This document shows positions 10,837 to 20,395 of a stretch of 35,460 nt of DNA, piece by piece. The position numbers and the translations under genes are program-made. The DNA comes from a virus (taxonomy: Duplodnaviria; Caudoviricetes). The notes beneath the pieces were generated by a model. That model was given only the letters and a program-made list of their open reading frames with translations, ran no database searches and was not told where the DNA came from. The number at the start of each line of letters is the position of its first letter. The stretch's first letter is position 1. The stretch is from positions 1 through 35,460 of the IMG/VR virus record IMGVR_UViG_3300012347_000007; one strand, 5' to 3'.

Positions 10837-11379
10837 ATGTCTATCAAAAAAGGTAGCATAGAAAAAGAAGGCTATAACTCTTTACCAGTAATTCCTGGAA
10901 ATAAAAAAGTTTGGTTTTTAAATGGCGATCTAGTCAGGGTGTATCACCTAAACAAGTCTAACGGCATTATGTCTGTTTATAACATTATTCAAGATAGAAT
11001 CGAAAGCTGTTTAATTAGTGATTTTAAAAAGAATCGTGAAAGAGCCTTCACGGTTGGCGAGACAGCAGACTTGGTCAATAGGCATAAGAAGTACATGCCA
11101 TCCCTGATGAAGCGTGGGGTTATACCATTTCCAACTGGTAGTCAAAAGGGTGGGGCAAGAGGCTGGCAGGTAAGATCATACTACTCAGAGTCGCAGGTAA
11201 GAGAAATTCGTGATATACTTGCTTCCTATCATATGGGCAGACCACGAGCAGATAAGCTAATCACTAATGCTATAACTCCTTCAAGTCAAGAGTTGACAAG
11301 GCGTATGGGCGATGGTATACTGACTTATACGAGAACAGAAGATGGAAGATTCATTCCCATTTGGGGCGAATCAATTTAA
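10837..11379 (+). CDS. MerR-like HTH DNA-binding protein
   Basis: FTVGETADLVNRHKKYMPSLMKRGVIP...RSYYSESQV matches a MerR/excisionase-type winged HTH pattern. Confidence 0.65.
   Translation: MSIKKGSIEKEGYNSLPVIPGNKKVWFLNGDLVRVYHLNKSNGIMSVYNIIQDRIESCLISDFKKNRERAFTVGETADLVNRHKKYMPSLMKRGVIPFPTGSQKGGARGWQVRSYYSESQVREIRDILASYHMGRPRADKLITNAITPSSQELTRRMGDGILTYTRTEDGRFIPIWGESI
11293..11321 (+). promoter_or_regulatory. Sigma70-type promoter for the replication genes
   Basis: TTGACA (11293-11298), 17 nt spacer, TATACT (11316-11321) with TGn extension; lies inside the 3' end of the HTH gene. Confidence 0.7.
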
Positions 11380-11388
11380 TTAAGAGGT

Positions 11389-11586
11389 ATGGGTATGGAC
11401 GAAACAAAAGTAAAGGTATCTCTAGGGTACACACTAAACCTAGGCAATTTCCAATCGCTACGCATTGATATTGGCGTAGAAGACTCCAAGCGAGATGGAG
11501 AAATGACCAATGATGCATTCGAGCGTGTATATAAGTATGTTGAGGCCAAGCTGGCAGAGAAGATCGCTGAGAGCCAGGAAGACTAA
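11389..11586 (+). CDS. Hypothetical phage protein
   Basis: 65 aa with AAGAGG SD (start may be 11395); coupled to the next gene. Confidence 0.7.
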   Translation: MGMDETKVKVSLGYTLNLGNFQSLRIDIGVEDSKRDGEMTNDAFERVYKYVEAKLAEKIAESQED

Positions 11587-11897
11587 TGGCTGTAGAACGC
11601 AAAGACCGAATGGCTTTGCTTTCACGCTATAGCAAATTTCACACTGCTAGGTACGAAGAGAAGCCGCTATTAAATTTAAATGTGGAGCAATGGGCTGCAG
11701 ATGCACTCATTGAATCTTACACTTTACCTTTTTGCTACGATCTGCTAGAATATTACTTCAGCACGGCACAGACTCCAACCTGGAAATACTTTGCTAACTA
11801 TGCTGACAAGATTGTTCAAGCAAGAGAAGACTATAAACGAGACCTAGAGGAGAGAGCTGAGCGTCGCAAGGCAGCTGTAGCGTGGCTAAATGAATAA
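11586..11897 (+). CDS. Hypothetical protein (helicase-adjacent, possible loader)
   Basis: 103 aa helical protein overlapping the helicase start; function inferred from position only. Confidence 0.55.
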   Translation: MAVERKDRMALLSRYSKFHTARYEEKPLLNLNVEQWAADALIESYTLPFCYDLLEYYFSTAQTPTWKYFANYADKIVQAREDYKRDLEERAERRKAAVAWLNE

Positions 11898-13110
11898 TAC
11901 TGAATCAAAACTAATCTCAGCAGTACTTGCTGACAAACAAATTCACGTGTTGCTTCAGGCAAACGTAGAGACTCTACTAAGAACTCACAACGATATCTGG
12001 ACTTTCATCAGAAACTACTCTGAGAATAATGGTACCGTCCCACCAGTGAGCCTTGTAGTGGACAAGTTTCGTGACTTCCAGCCAGTTCAAGGTATTGGTG
12101 CAACCAAGCATCACCTAGAGGAGCTCCAGGTAGAATATCTAAACGATAGCCTAAAGGATATCCTACGAGCTGCTGCATCAGAAGTGCAGGGCGGAGAGGG
12201 TACAAAGGCTCTAGAGCAACTAATTACAAAGACATCAGAGCTAAAGAAAAACACCTCAACTATCCGTGATATTGATGCAACAGACCTTGAGTCAGCAGTT
12301 CAGTATTACGAGAATGTGCAAAAGCAAAAAGAGCTAGGCTCTATTGGCATTAAGACTGGCCTTGCTGGATTTGACAACTACCTGCCAGCTGGTATTATGC
12401 CAGGACAGCTTGGTGTATTCCTAGCCTACCCAGGTATTGGTAAGTCTTGGATGGCCCTATACTTTGCGGTACAGGCATGGAAGGCTGGAAAGTCACCACT
12501 AGTAATCTCTCTTGAAATGAGTGAGACAGAAGTTCGTAACCGTGTATTTACAATCATGGGTGAAGGCCTTTGGTCACACCGTAAACTAAGTGATGGACAG
12601 ATCGATCTAGATGACCTAAAGCGTTGGCACAAGAAGGATCTTGCTGGTAAGCCAGAGTTCCACATTATATCTAATGATTCTGGCGGAGAAGTTACTCCAT
12701 CAGTTATTCGTGGAAAGATTGACCAGTATAAGCCAGACCTCATCATTGTAGACTATCTACAGCTAATGAGTCCTAACCAGAAGTCAGAGAACGAAACTGT
12801 TCGTATGAAGAATCTTTCTCGTGAACTAAAGCTCATGGCTATTGGTGAAGAGATGCCTATCATTGCAATCTCGTCAGCGACCCCAGATGACGTTAACAAG
12901 CTAGATACTGTTCCTACCCTAGGTCAGACCGCATGGTCCCGTCAGATCGCATATGACGCTGACTGGGTACTAGCCCTGGGCCGTGGCACCAACTCAGATA
13001 TTATCGAGTGCGTGTTCCGAAAGAACCGTAATGGTTTTATGGGCGAGTTCTTGGTTCAGGCAGACTTTGACAAGGGCTGGTACAAGTACAAGGACTTTGA
13101 AGATAAGTAG
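11890..13110 (+). CDS. dnaB: Replicative DnaB-like helicase
   Basis: Walker A AYPGIGKS, SLEMS, IVDYLQLM (Walker B), DADWVL and KNRNG motifs. Confidence 0.95.
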   Translation: MNNTESKLISAVLADKQIHVLLQANVETLLRTHNDIWTFIRNYSENNGTVPPVSLVVDKFRDFQPVQGIGATKHHLEELQVEYLNDSLKDILRAAASEVQGGEGTKALEQLITKTSELKKNTSTIRDIDATDLESAVQYYENVQKQKELGSIGIKTGLAGFDNYLPAGIMPGQLGVFLAYPGIGKSWMALYFAVQAWKAGKSPLVISLEMSETEVRNRVFTIMGEGLWSHRKLSDGQIDLDDLKRWHKKDLAGKPEFHIISNDSGGEVTPSVIRGKIDQYKPDLIIVDYLQLMSPNQKSENETVRMKNLSRELKLMAIGEEMPIIAISSATPDDVNKLDTVPTLGQTAWSRQIAYDADWVLALGRGTNSDIIECVFRKNRNGFMGEFLVQADFDKGWYKYKDFEDK

Positions 13111-13122
13111 TTATAATTACTT

Positions 13123-13467
13123 ATGGACAACTTGCATCACAAGCCTATCAAGCGGTTTAGCCTCGAAGGAATAATTAACGACGAGGCATCTATAGCCAGG
13201 CTCAAAATTGAATATATTAGATTATTGACTATGGAAATGCGTCTGACTGGGAATGCCCCAAGAATAGACATTGACCCAGACTTCACAATAAGCTATAATG
13301 AAGATAAAGAATATTTTGAATTTAAATTATCAGTACATGGAATATATATAGGGAAAAGAAAAAGCGAATGTATAATGGGGATAGACGGAACAAGGGTAAT
13401 ATATATACAACAGAGCAAATCAAGCGAGTCATCGCAGGATCAGGAATCTCAGTTGAATCAGAAGTAG
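13123..13467 (+). CDS. Hypothetical protein
   Basis: 114 aa; preceded by TATAAT (13112-13117) 5 nt before the ATG; 3' end overlaps the primase by 100 nt. Confidence 0.65.
   Translation: MDNLHHKPIKRFSLEGIINDEASIARLKIEYIRLLTMEMRLTGNAPRIDIDPDFTISYNEDKEYFEFKLSVHGIYIGKRKSECIMGIDGTRVIYIQQSKSSESSQDQESQLNQK
13271..13299 (+). promoter_or_regulatory. Putative primase promoter
   Basis: TTGACC (13271-13276), 17 nt spacer, TATAAT (13294-13299). Confidence 0.5.
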
Positions 13468-14312
13468 ACTCTGACTATATTATCTTCTGCCCTTTCCACA
13501 ATAACTCTCGCTCTCCTGCTGGAGAAGTCGATAAGTTTAACGGCACATTCTTTTGCTTTTCATGCCAGCACGTTGCTAATCTGGTCGAGCTTGTGATGCA
13601 CACCTCAGCAAGATCATACTTTGAGGCAGTTCGTTTTATTAAGAGTAAAGAGACTGGGTCAGACCTAACCCAGGAAATCAACAAGCAACTTTATGTTAAG
13701 CCAGATTTTACCCAGTATGACCAAGTTCTAATTAAGAGACTAAATCAGCAAGCATTAGAGTCGCCACGTGCAATGCGTTATTACTCTGGCAGACTCATTA
13801 CGGAAGACTCTGTAAAGAAGTTTGCACTAGGGTTCTCTGAAAAGCAAGACATGGTGACTATTCCAGTCCACTCTCCAGATGGCATGGAGATTGGTTTTGT
13901 TGGTCGCTCTATCGAGGGCAAGGAGTTTAAGAATACTCCTGGATTGCCAAAGAGCAAAACCCTTTTCAATCTTAATCGTGTTAAGACCGCAGACCGTGTT
14001 TATGTGGTAGAATCATCTTTCGATGCTATTCGACTAGACCAGTGCGGATTTCCAGCGGTAGCTACATTGGGTGCCAACGTGTCCAATATACAAACAGACC
14101 TACTACAAAAATACTTCAATAACGTTATTGTTATTGCTGATAATGATGAAGCAGGCGGTAATATGAAAGACAAGATTGTTGAACGTCTTGGCTTTCGTGT
14201 TAGCGTTATAAAACTAGATAAACAATATAAGGATATTGGCGACATGTCAGACGAGGCAATTAAAAGTATTGACCTATCGTTTGACAAGTCAATTGCCAGT
14301 ATGCTACAATAA
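13368..14312 (+). CDS. dnaG: DNA primase (CHC2 zinc finger + TOPRIM)
   Basis: CPFH...CFSC zinc-binding motif, GFVGR, TOPRIM motifs VVESSFDA and IADNDEAG. Confidence 0.93.
   Translation: MYNGDRRNKGNIYTTEQIKRVIAGSGISVESEVDSDYIIFCPFHNNSRSPAGEVDKFNGTFFCFSCQHVANLVELVMHTSARSYFEAVRFIKSKETGSDLTQEINKQLYVKPDFTQYDQVLIKRLNQQALESPRAMRYYSGRLITEDSVKKFALGFSEKQDMVTIPVHSPDGMEIGFVGRSIEGKEFKNTPGLPKSKTLFNLNRVKTADRVYVVESSFDAIRLDQCGFPAVATLGANVSNIQTDLLQKYFNNVIVIADNDEAGGNMKDKIVERLGFRVSVIKLDKQYKDIGDMSDEAIKSIDLSFDKSIASMLQ
14281..14310 (+). promoter_or_regulatory. Promoter for the SSB-like gene
   Basis: TTGACA (14281-14286), 18 nt spacer, TACAAT (14305-14310) with TGC extension; strong SD AAGGAG before the ATG at 14342. 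Confidence 0.65.
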
Positions 14313-14341
14313 TAAACCATTATAAAAAACAAGGAGAAATA

Positions 14342-14998
14342 ATGAGCGTAATTAGAGGGCTAAAAGATATCGGTGCACTAGTCGATAAGCCAAAGTATGA
14401 GAACACAGGAGCAAAGGTCCGCTGGGTAAAGTTGGCAGACGGACAGTCAGCAAAGATTCGTTTTGTTGAAGAGCTAGATGCAGATTCAGCAAGCTACTCA
14501 GAAGACCGTGGTCTTTCTGTAGTCATTTCTGAGCACACCAACCCAAAGGACTTCAAGCGTAAGGCAGCATGTACTATTGACTCAGAGGGTCGCTGCTTTG
14601 GTTGTGAGATGGCTCGTAAGGAGCCTAAGTCGGGTTGGCGTTCACGCCTACGCTTCTACTGCAACGTGCTAGTAGACGATGGCACAGAGGACCCATACAT
14701 TGCTGTATGGTCACAGGGTATTTCAAAGCAGTCTGCTTTTAATAACATTCGTGAGTATGCCCTAGACACTGGATCAATCTCTAACCTAGAGTGGAAGCTA
14801 AAGCGTAATGGCCAGGGAACTGAGACCAACTACACATTGCTACCAAGCAAGCCAGACACCGAGCCTTTCAAGTGGGGCGAAGACGAGTTCTTCAACCTAG
14901 AGAAGGTTGTTCGTGAAGTTCCTTATTCAGAGCAGGAAGCATTCTACTTTGGGTTTGACGGTCCTTCATCGATCACATCTACCAACACTGATTGGTAA
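14342..14998 (+). CDS. Single-stranded DNA-binding protein (gp32-like)
   Basis: 218 aa between primase and polymerase; H/C cluster (H...C..CFGC), 'KRNGQGTETNYTLLP' motif and an acidic/aromatic tail; own promoter and terminator. Confidence 0.7.
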   Translation: MSVIRGLKDIGALVDKPKYENTGAKVRWVKLADGQSAKIRFVEELDADSASYSEDRGLSVVISEHTNPKDFKRKAACTIDSEGRCFGCEMARKEPKSGWRSRLRFYCNVLVDDGTEDPYIAVWSQGISKQSAFNNIREYALDTGSISNLEWKLKRNGQGTETNYTLLPSKPDTEPFKWGEDEFFNLEKVVREVPYSEQEAFYFGFDGPSSITSTNTDW

Positions 14999-15010
14999 TC
15001 ACTAAAGCTG

Positions 15011-15040
15011 TGGGGGTATCTATAAATGGTACCCCCATTT
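15011..15040 (+). terminator. Intrinsic terminator after the SSB-like gene
   Basis: TGGGGGTATC / GGTACCCCCA stem with a 7-nt loop, followed by TTT. Confidence 0.7.
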
Positions 15041-15042
15041 GC

Positions 15043-15081
15043 TTTACACGTATTGACAACGTGTAAAAAATATGTCATAAT
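15043..15081 (+). promoter_or_regulatory. dnaE promoter with an inverted repeat enclosing the -35 box
   Basis: TTGACA (15053-15058), 17 nt spacer, CATAAT (15076-15081); perfect 9-bp inverted repeat TTTACACGT (15043-15051) / ACGTGTAAA (15059-15067). Confidence 0.65.
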
Positions 15082-15116
15082 CTTTACACATTATATAAAA
15101 CAAACAAAGGATATAA

Positions 15117-18100
15117 ATGAGTTACGCTGGTCTACACGTCCACACACACTACTCGCTATTTGACGGAATTGCAACACCACAGGAATATGTGGACCGTGCC
15201 GTAGAGCTGGGAATGCCAGCTATCGCAATCACAGACCACGGTTCGCTATCTGGCCACCGTGAGATGTATCGTGCTGCCAAAGAGGCAGGTATCAAGCCAA
15301 TTCTTGGTATTGAGGGATACATCACTAAAGATCGACTAGATCACACAGACAAGAAGGAAAAGAACGACCTCCTTGACCTAAACTACAACCACCTAATTAT
15401 TTTGGCTAAGAATGCCAAGGGCTTGGAGAACCTTAACAAGCTAAACGAGCTTGCTTGGACTGAGGGATTTTACAAGAAGCCACGCATTGACTGGAAGATT
15501 CTGGAGCAGTATAAGGAAGGTCTTATTGTAACTTCTGGATGTCTGTCAGGATTCTTGGCAAAGGCTATTGAGGCAGAGAACCTTGCTGTTGCCAAGGAGC
15601 ACATTCAGTGGGCCAAGAAGACCTTTGGTGACGATTACTACATTGAGGTAATGCCACACAACCCAGCAGAGGTTAACAAGTTGCTACTAGACCTCGCTGA
15701 CGAATTTGGGGTAAAGCCAGTAGTCACACCAGACTGCCACCACTCAGACCCAAAGCAGAAAGAGATTCAAGAACTAAAGCTAATCCTTAACTCATACTCA
15801 AACAAGGTAGATAAGGAGTCAACCTACGAGGGCTCACTAGAGTATGACAACCTCATGGACAAGCTAGACTACCTATATGGTGAAGACCGTCAGATGTCAT
15901 TCAACAAGTTTGAGATTCATCTACTGTCTGACGAAGAGATGCATAACGCCATGAAGGCTCAGGGTATCGATCGTGAAGATATGTACGAGAGCACCCTAGA
16001 GATTGTTGACAAGATTGGTGAGTATGACATTAAGGATCACCAAGACTTGCTACCAGTTCAGTACCAAGACCCAGATGCAGAGCTGTACGAGCTTGCAATC
16101 AAGGGCTTGAAAGAGCGTGGACTCGAGGGTAAGCAGGAATACCTAGATCGTCTAGATGAAGAGCTTAAGGTAATTAAGGATAAGAAGTTTGGTCCATACT
16201 TCCTGGTTGTACGCTCCATGATTGCATGGGCCAAGAAGGAAGACATTATGGTGGGGCCAGGGCGTGGTTCTGCTGCAGGTTCGCTACTCTGCTATGCACT
16301 AGGCATTACAGATATTGACCCTATTGTTCACGGACTTCTATTCTTCCGCTTTATTAACCCAGAGCGTAATGACTTCCCAGATATCGATACAGATATTCAA
16401 GACTCACGTCGTGAAGAAGTTAAGGACTATCTAGTACGTCAGTATCGCCACGTTGCATCTATTGCAACATTCCTAGAGTTTAAGGATAAGGGTGTTGTTC
16501 GTGATATCGCACGTGTTCTTAACATCCCACTAGCTGACGTAAACAAGGTTCTAAAGCTTGTAGATACTTGGGATGAGTACTGTATGTCAAAGTCTACAGA
16601 GGAGTTCCGTGAAAAGTATCCAGAGATTGAGCTTTATGGAGAGCAGCTACGTGGTCGCATCCGTGGTACAGGTATTCACGCTGCTGGTGTTGTAACCTCC
16701 AAGGAGCCTATCTTTAAGTTTGCTCCACTAGAAACTCGTACTGCACCTGGTTCACAGGAACGTATTCCAGTTGTGGCGGTAGACATGACAGAAGCAGAGC
16801 GTATTGGTCTTATTAAGATTGACGCCCTGGGTCTAAAGACCCTATCAGTATTGCAGGACACACTAAAGATTATTCAGGAGCGTGAGGGTAACAAGCGTAT
16901 TGATCTACTTAAGGTTAATATGGAAGACGCAAACATCTATAAGATGCTATCTGAGGGCTACACCAAGGGTGTGTTCCAGTGTGAAGCTACTCCGTATACC
17001 AACCTATTGGTTAAGATGGGCGTTAAGAACTTTGCAGAGCTTGCTGCATCTAACGCTCTAGTGCGTCCAGGTGCTGCCAACACTATTGGTAAGGACTACA
17101 TCGCACGTAAGCACGGCAAGCAGAACATCTCCTACCACCACCAGGTCATGAAGGCGTTTACTGCAGAGACCTATGGATGTATTCTGTACCAGGAACAGGT
17201 TATGCAGGCATGTACCGAACTGGGTGGCATGACAATGGCTGATGCAGACAAGGTTCGTAAGATTATTGGCAAGAAGAAGGATGCCCGTGAATTTGACGCA
17301 TATCGTGATCAGTTCGTTAAGGGTGCATCTAGATTCCTACGCCCAGAAGCCGCAGAAGACCTATGGACGGACTTTGAGGCCCACGCTGGATACTCTTTCA
17401 ATAAGTCGCATGCCGTGGCTTATTCGACCTTGTCTTACTGGACTGCTTGGCTGAAGTACTACTACCCAATCGAGTTCATGTACTCATTGCTAAAGAATGA
17501 AAAGGATAAGGATGCTCGTACAGAGTACCTGATCGAAGCTAAGCGTATGGGTATCTCAATCAAGCTACCACACATCAATGATTCAGACATTGACTTCAAG
17601 ATTGAGGGTAAGGGTATTCGATTTGGACTATCTGCAATTAAGTACATTTCTGACAACATTGCTACTAAGTATATGGCAGCACGTCCGTTTAATTCCTATG
17701 CAGAGCTAGAAGAGTTCACCTTTACAAAGGGCAGTGGCGTTAATAGTCGTGCACTTCAGGCACTTCGTGCGATTGGTGCAGCAACGTTTGAGGATAATCC
17801 TCGCAATGACGAAGAGATTAGAGAAAATCTATATGAGTATCTAAACTTGCCAGAGTTTAACATGTCTGTTCCAGCACATTATCACGCCTTTATCAATGAC
17901 GTAGAAGAGTTTGAAGAGAAGGGCTCTTTCATTCTTATGGGAATGGTCAAGGGTATTAAGCGTGGTAAGGGCTGGAGTCGTGTAGAGATTCTAGACAAGA
18001 CTGGGTCAGTAGGAATCTTTGATGAAGAGGATACCAAGATTGAGGCAGGACGCACCTATATCCTTCTTTCAAGTGACAATAGGATTGTTTCTGCAGTGCC

Positions 18101-18398
18101 AGTAGATGAAATTAAAACCTCTACGGCTGGATTCCTAAAGTTCTTGAACTACAGAATGTTGCCATACAAGGATGACCAGAAGTTTGTGGTATCCTTTAAG
18201 CCACGTATTACCAAGGCTGGCAAGAAGATGGCATCTCTAGTTCTAGCAGACACAGACCGTGACCTGCACTCAGTAACAGTATTTCCTACGTCATTTGCCA
18301 AGGCGTACATGAAGATTGAAGAGGGTAATGCATATAACTTTACCTTTGGACAAACCAAGGATGGCACAGTAATTATGGAGGATGTTGAAAGTGTTTAA
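15117..18398 (+). CDS. dnaE: DNA polymerase III alpha subunit (family C)
   Basis: PHP domain (LHVHTHYSLFDG, AITDHG, DCHH), GPGRGSAAGS, PDIDTD catalytic motif, KIDALGL and YSFNKSHA; no intein visible. Confidence 0.97.
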   Translation: MSYAGLHVHTHYSLFDGIATPQEYVDRAVELGMPAIAITDHGSLSGHREMYRAAKEAGIKPILGIEGYITKDRLDHTDKKEKNDLLDLNYNHLIILAKNAKGLENLNKLNELAWTEGFYKKPRIDWKILEQYKEGLIVTSGCLSGFLAKAIEAENLAVAKEHIQWAKKTFGDDYYIEVMPHNPAEVNKLLLDLADEFGVKPVVTPDCHHSDPKQKEIQELKLILNSYSNKVDKESTYEGSLEYDNLMDKLDYLYGEDRQMSFNKFEIHLLSDEEMHNAMKAQGIDREDMYESTLEIVDKIGEYDIKDHQDLLPVQYQDPDAELYELAIKGLKERGLEGKQEYLDRLDEELKVIKDKKFGPYFLVVRSMIAWAKKEDIMVGPGRGSAAGSLLCYALGITDIDPIVHGLLFFRFINPERNDFPDIDTDIQDSRREEVKDYLVRQYRHVASIATFLEFKDKGVVRDIARVLNIPLADVNKVLKLVDTWDEYCMSKSTEEFREKYPEIELYGEQLRGRIRGTGIHAAGVVTSKEPIFKFAPLETRTAPGSQERIPVVAVDMTEAERIGLIKIDALGLKTLSVLQDTLKIIQEREGNKRIDLLKVNMEDANIYKMLSEGYTKGVFQCEATPYTNLLVKMGVKNFAELAASNALVRPGAANTIGKDYIARKHGKQNISYHHQVMKAFTAETYGCILYQEQVMQACTELGGMTMADADKVRKIIGKKKDAREFDAYRDQFVKGASRFLRPEAAEDLWTDFEAHAGYSFNKSHAVAYSTLSYWTAWLKYYYPIEFMYSLLKNEKDKDARTEYLIEAKRMGISIKLPHINDSDIDFKIEGKGIRFGLSAIKYISDNIATKYMAARPFNSYAELEEFTFTKGSGVNSRALQALRAIGAATFEDNPRNDEEIRENLYEYLNLPEFNMSVPAHYHAFINDVEEFEEKGSFILMGMVKGIKRGKGWSRVEILDKTGSVGIFDEEDTKIEAGRTYILLSSDNRIVSAVPVDEIKTSTAGFLKFLNYRMLPYKDDQKFVVSFKPRITKAGKKMASLVLADTDRDLHSVTVFPTSFAKAYMKIEEGNAYNFTFGQTKDGTVIMEDVESV

Positions 18399-18708
18399 GG
18401 ATATAACAGAAGAGCTACACTCAGTAGCAGTAGAAAAGGGATTCTGGCCAGAAGTGGTCGATGATATCTTTATAACTAAGCAGTTAATGATGATCGTATC
18501 AGAGGCTGTAGAGGTTATGGAGGCTATTCGGAAGTCACATGGACCAGAGGCGGTAGCAGACGAGATGGCAGACATTCTGATCCGTACCTTTGACCTATAT
18601 GCTGGGTTGGTAGAGCATGAGTATACAAACGTATCGTTGGATGAGGCGTTTGAGAAAAAGACTGGGTATAACAAGACTCGTCCAGAAAGACACGGAGTAA
18701 AATTCTAA
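18382..18708 (+). CDS. MazG-like nucleotide pyrophosphohydrolase
   Basis: SEAVEVMEAIRK...DEMADILIR matches the ExxE...EXXD pattern; C-terminal NKTRPERHG. Confidence 0.85.
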   Translation: MLKVFKDITEELHSVAVEKGFWPEVVDDIFITKQLMMIVSEAVEVMEAIRKSHGPEAVADEMADILIRTFDLYAGLVEHEYTNVSLDEAFEKKTGYNKTRPERHGVKF

Positions 18709-18941
18709 TGACAGTAACAGTATATACAAAGCCATCATGCGTTCAGTGTGACCAGACAAAAAGATTTCTAGATAAAAGTAAGATTGATTACTCTACCGTA
18801 GACATCACAGAAAACCAAGAAGCCTTTGACAAGATTATATCTCTGGGCTTCAAGGCTGCCCCAGTAGTTATTACTGACAATGATTCATGGGCAGGGTTCA
18901 ACCCGTCCAAACTAGCAAAGCTCGTAGAGGAGAGTATTTAA
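18708..18941 (+). CDS. nrdH: NrdH-like glutaredoxin
   Basis: VTVYTKPSCVQC...APVV...WAGF, the NrdH CVQC and WSGF-like motifs. Confidence 0.92.
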   Translation: MTVTVYTKPSCVQCDQTKRFLDKSKIDYSTVDITENQEAFDKIISLGFKAAPVVITDNDSWAGFNPSKLAKLVEESI

Positions 18942-19954
18942 TGACCACGATGGAAGAAGCCTTAGCGGCTCTGGATCCACGCATACGTAAGCGTCTGTCT
19001 AATGGCGTAGGATTCAAGACTGAATATCAGAAGACTCCTAGCCACGGACTAAACCGTGCACTTAACGGTGGACTACCACTAGGACGCCAGGTTCTTATCT
19101 GGGGTAGCAAGTCATCTGCAAAGTCATCCCTATGTCTTCAGATGATTGGAGATGCTCAAGCAGAGGGTAAGCTTTGTGCTTGGATCGATGCCGAGATGTC
19201 TTACTCTGAAGAGTGGGCTAAGAATCTTGGGGTAGACACAGACAAGCTTATCGTATCACAAGCACGTACTATTAATGAGATGGTCGATGTAGGTACAGCC
19301 TTGATGAATGCTGGAGTTGACATTATTGTCATTGACTCTATCACATCGCTACTACCTGCTATTTACTTTGAGAAGGGCACTGATGAACTTAAGGAACTTG
19401 AAAACACAAAGCAAATTGGAGCTGAGTCTAGAGACTTTAGTAATGCATGGAAGATGCTCAACTATGCCAATAATAAAGTTAAGCCAACGATGCTTGTTCT
19501 TATTAGTCAATCTCGTAACAATATTAGTGCTATGTATACAAGTCAGCAGCCTTCGGGTGGCCAGGCTACTAAGTTCTATAGCTCTACAGTTATCAAGCTT
19601 TTCTCTTCTGAGTCAGACAACCAAGCAATTAAAGGCAAGATTGCGGTGGGAGATAAGCTCATTGAAGAGAAGGTAGGGCGTAAGGTTCGTTGGGAAGTTC
19701 AGTTCTCTAAGACCTCTCCTGCATTCCAGTCTGGCGAATACGACTTCTACTTCAGAGGCGGACTATTAGGCATTGACTCAGTTGGTGACCTAGTAGACAC
19801 CGCAGAGATGATGGGCATCGTAGAGCGTACAGGTGCCTGGTACATCCTCCCAGATGGATCAAAGGTCCAGGGTAGAGAAGCATTTGTTAATCGTGTAAGA
19901 GAAGACGTAGATCTTCAGGATAGTATTAAGGCTAAGGTCAATGGCGAAGTATAG
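18941..19954 (+). CDS. recA: RecA/UvsX-like recombinase
   Basis: LNRALNGGLPLGR, variant Walker A GSKSSAKS, WIDAE, VIDS, GGQATKFYSS, GAWY and QGRE. Start placed at the ATG at 18941 (SD GAGGAG, TAATG coupling). Confidence 0.92.
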   Translation: MTTMEEALAALDPRIRKRLSNGVGFKTEYQKTPSHGLNRALNGGLPLGRQVLIWGSKSSAKSSLCLQMIGDAQAEGKLCAWIDAEMSYSEEWAKNLGVDTDKLIVSQARTINEMVDVGTALMNAGVDIIVIDSITSLLPAIYFEKGTDELKELENTKQIGAESRDFSNAWKMLNYANNKVKPTMLVLISQSRNNISAMYTSQQPSGGQATKFYSSTVIKLFSSESDNQAIKGKIAVGDKLIEEKVGRKVRWEVQFSKTSPAFQSGEYDFYFRGGLLGIDSVGDLVDTAEMMGIVERTGAWYILPDGSKVQGREAFVNRVREDVDLQDSIKAKVNGEV

Positions 19955-20120
19955 TGTATATCATGGAAAGTTTAGATGTCAGGAATGTGGCTCAGAGGTC
20001 ACATCCTTAAGATCTTATCCAGAAACTAAAGAGCTAACTTGGATGTGTCTAGACAAGCACATGAGCAAGGTAGATTTGAACACTAAGAAGACAAAGAAAG
20101 ATTATGAGCGAAGCGAGTGA
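19941..20120 (+). CDS. Small zinc-ribbon protein (not in the ORF track)
   Basis: Manual translation gives 59 aa, MAKYSVYHGKFRCQECGSEV...WMCLDKHMSKV...YERSE, with CxxC and CxxxH; it exactly fills the gap between recA and the next gene. Confidence 0.75.
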   Translation: MAKYSVYHGKFRCQECGSEVTSLRSYPETKELTWMCLDKHMSKVDLNTKKTKKDYERSE

Positions 20121-20388
20121 ATCTAAGAGGCTTGGGGCTAAGCAGCACAAGAACTCTGGCAGAGGCACCCACAAGGGTGATGCGTCTTGGGAAAACTTTA
20201 CTGTTGACTTCAAGGAAGTTGGCAAAAGCTTTACCCTAAACAGAGATGTTTGGGCTAAGGCCACCACCGATGCCATCAGAAATGGAAATGATCCTGCAAT
20301 TGTTGTTGTAATTGGTGATAGCGGAATTAAAACTAGACTAGCCGTCATAGAGATGTCTGTTCTAGAGCAATTAATCGATGGTGTATAA
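20104..20388 (+). CDS. Hjc-like PD-(D/E)xK Holliday junction resolvase/endonuclease
   Basis: E...SGRG..KGDA...VDFKE pattern of the PD-(D/E)xK fold; 94 aa. Confidence 0.6.
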   Translation: MSEASESKRLGAKQHKNSGRGTHKGDASWENFTVDFKEVGKSFTLNRDVWAKATTDAIRNGNDPAIVVVIGDSGIKTRLAVIEMSVLEQLIDGV

Positions 20389-20395
20389 TTAGTTT

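Noticed and set aside
14281-14292. Short palindrome TTGAC-AA-GTCAA at the SSB promoter
   Set aside because: Arms are only 5 bp and unrelated to the dnaE palindrome; easily arises by chance.
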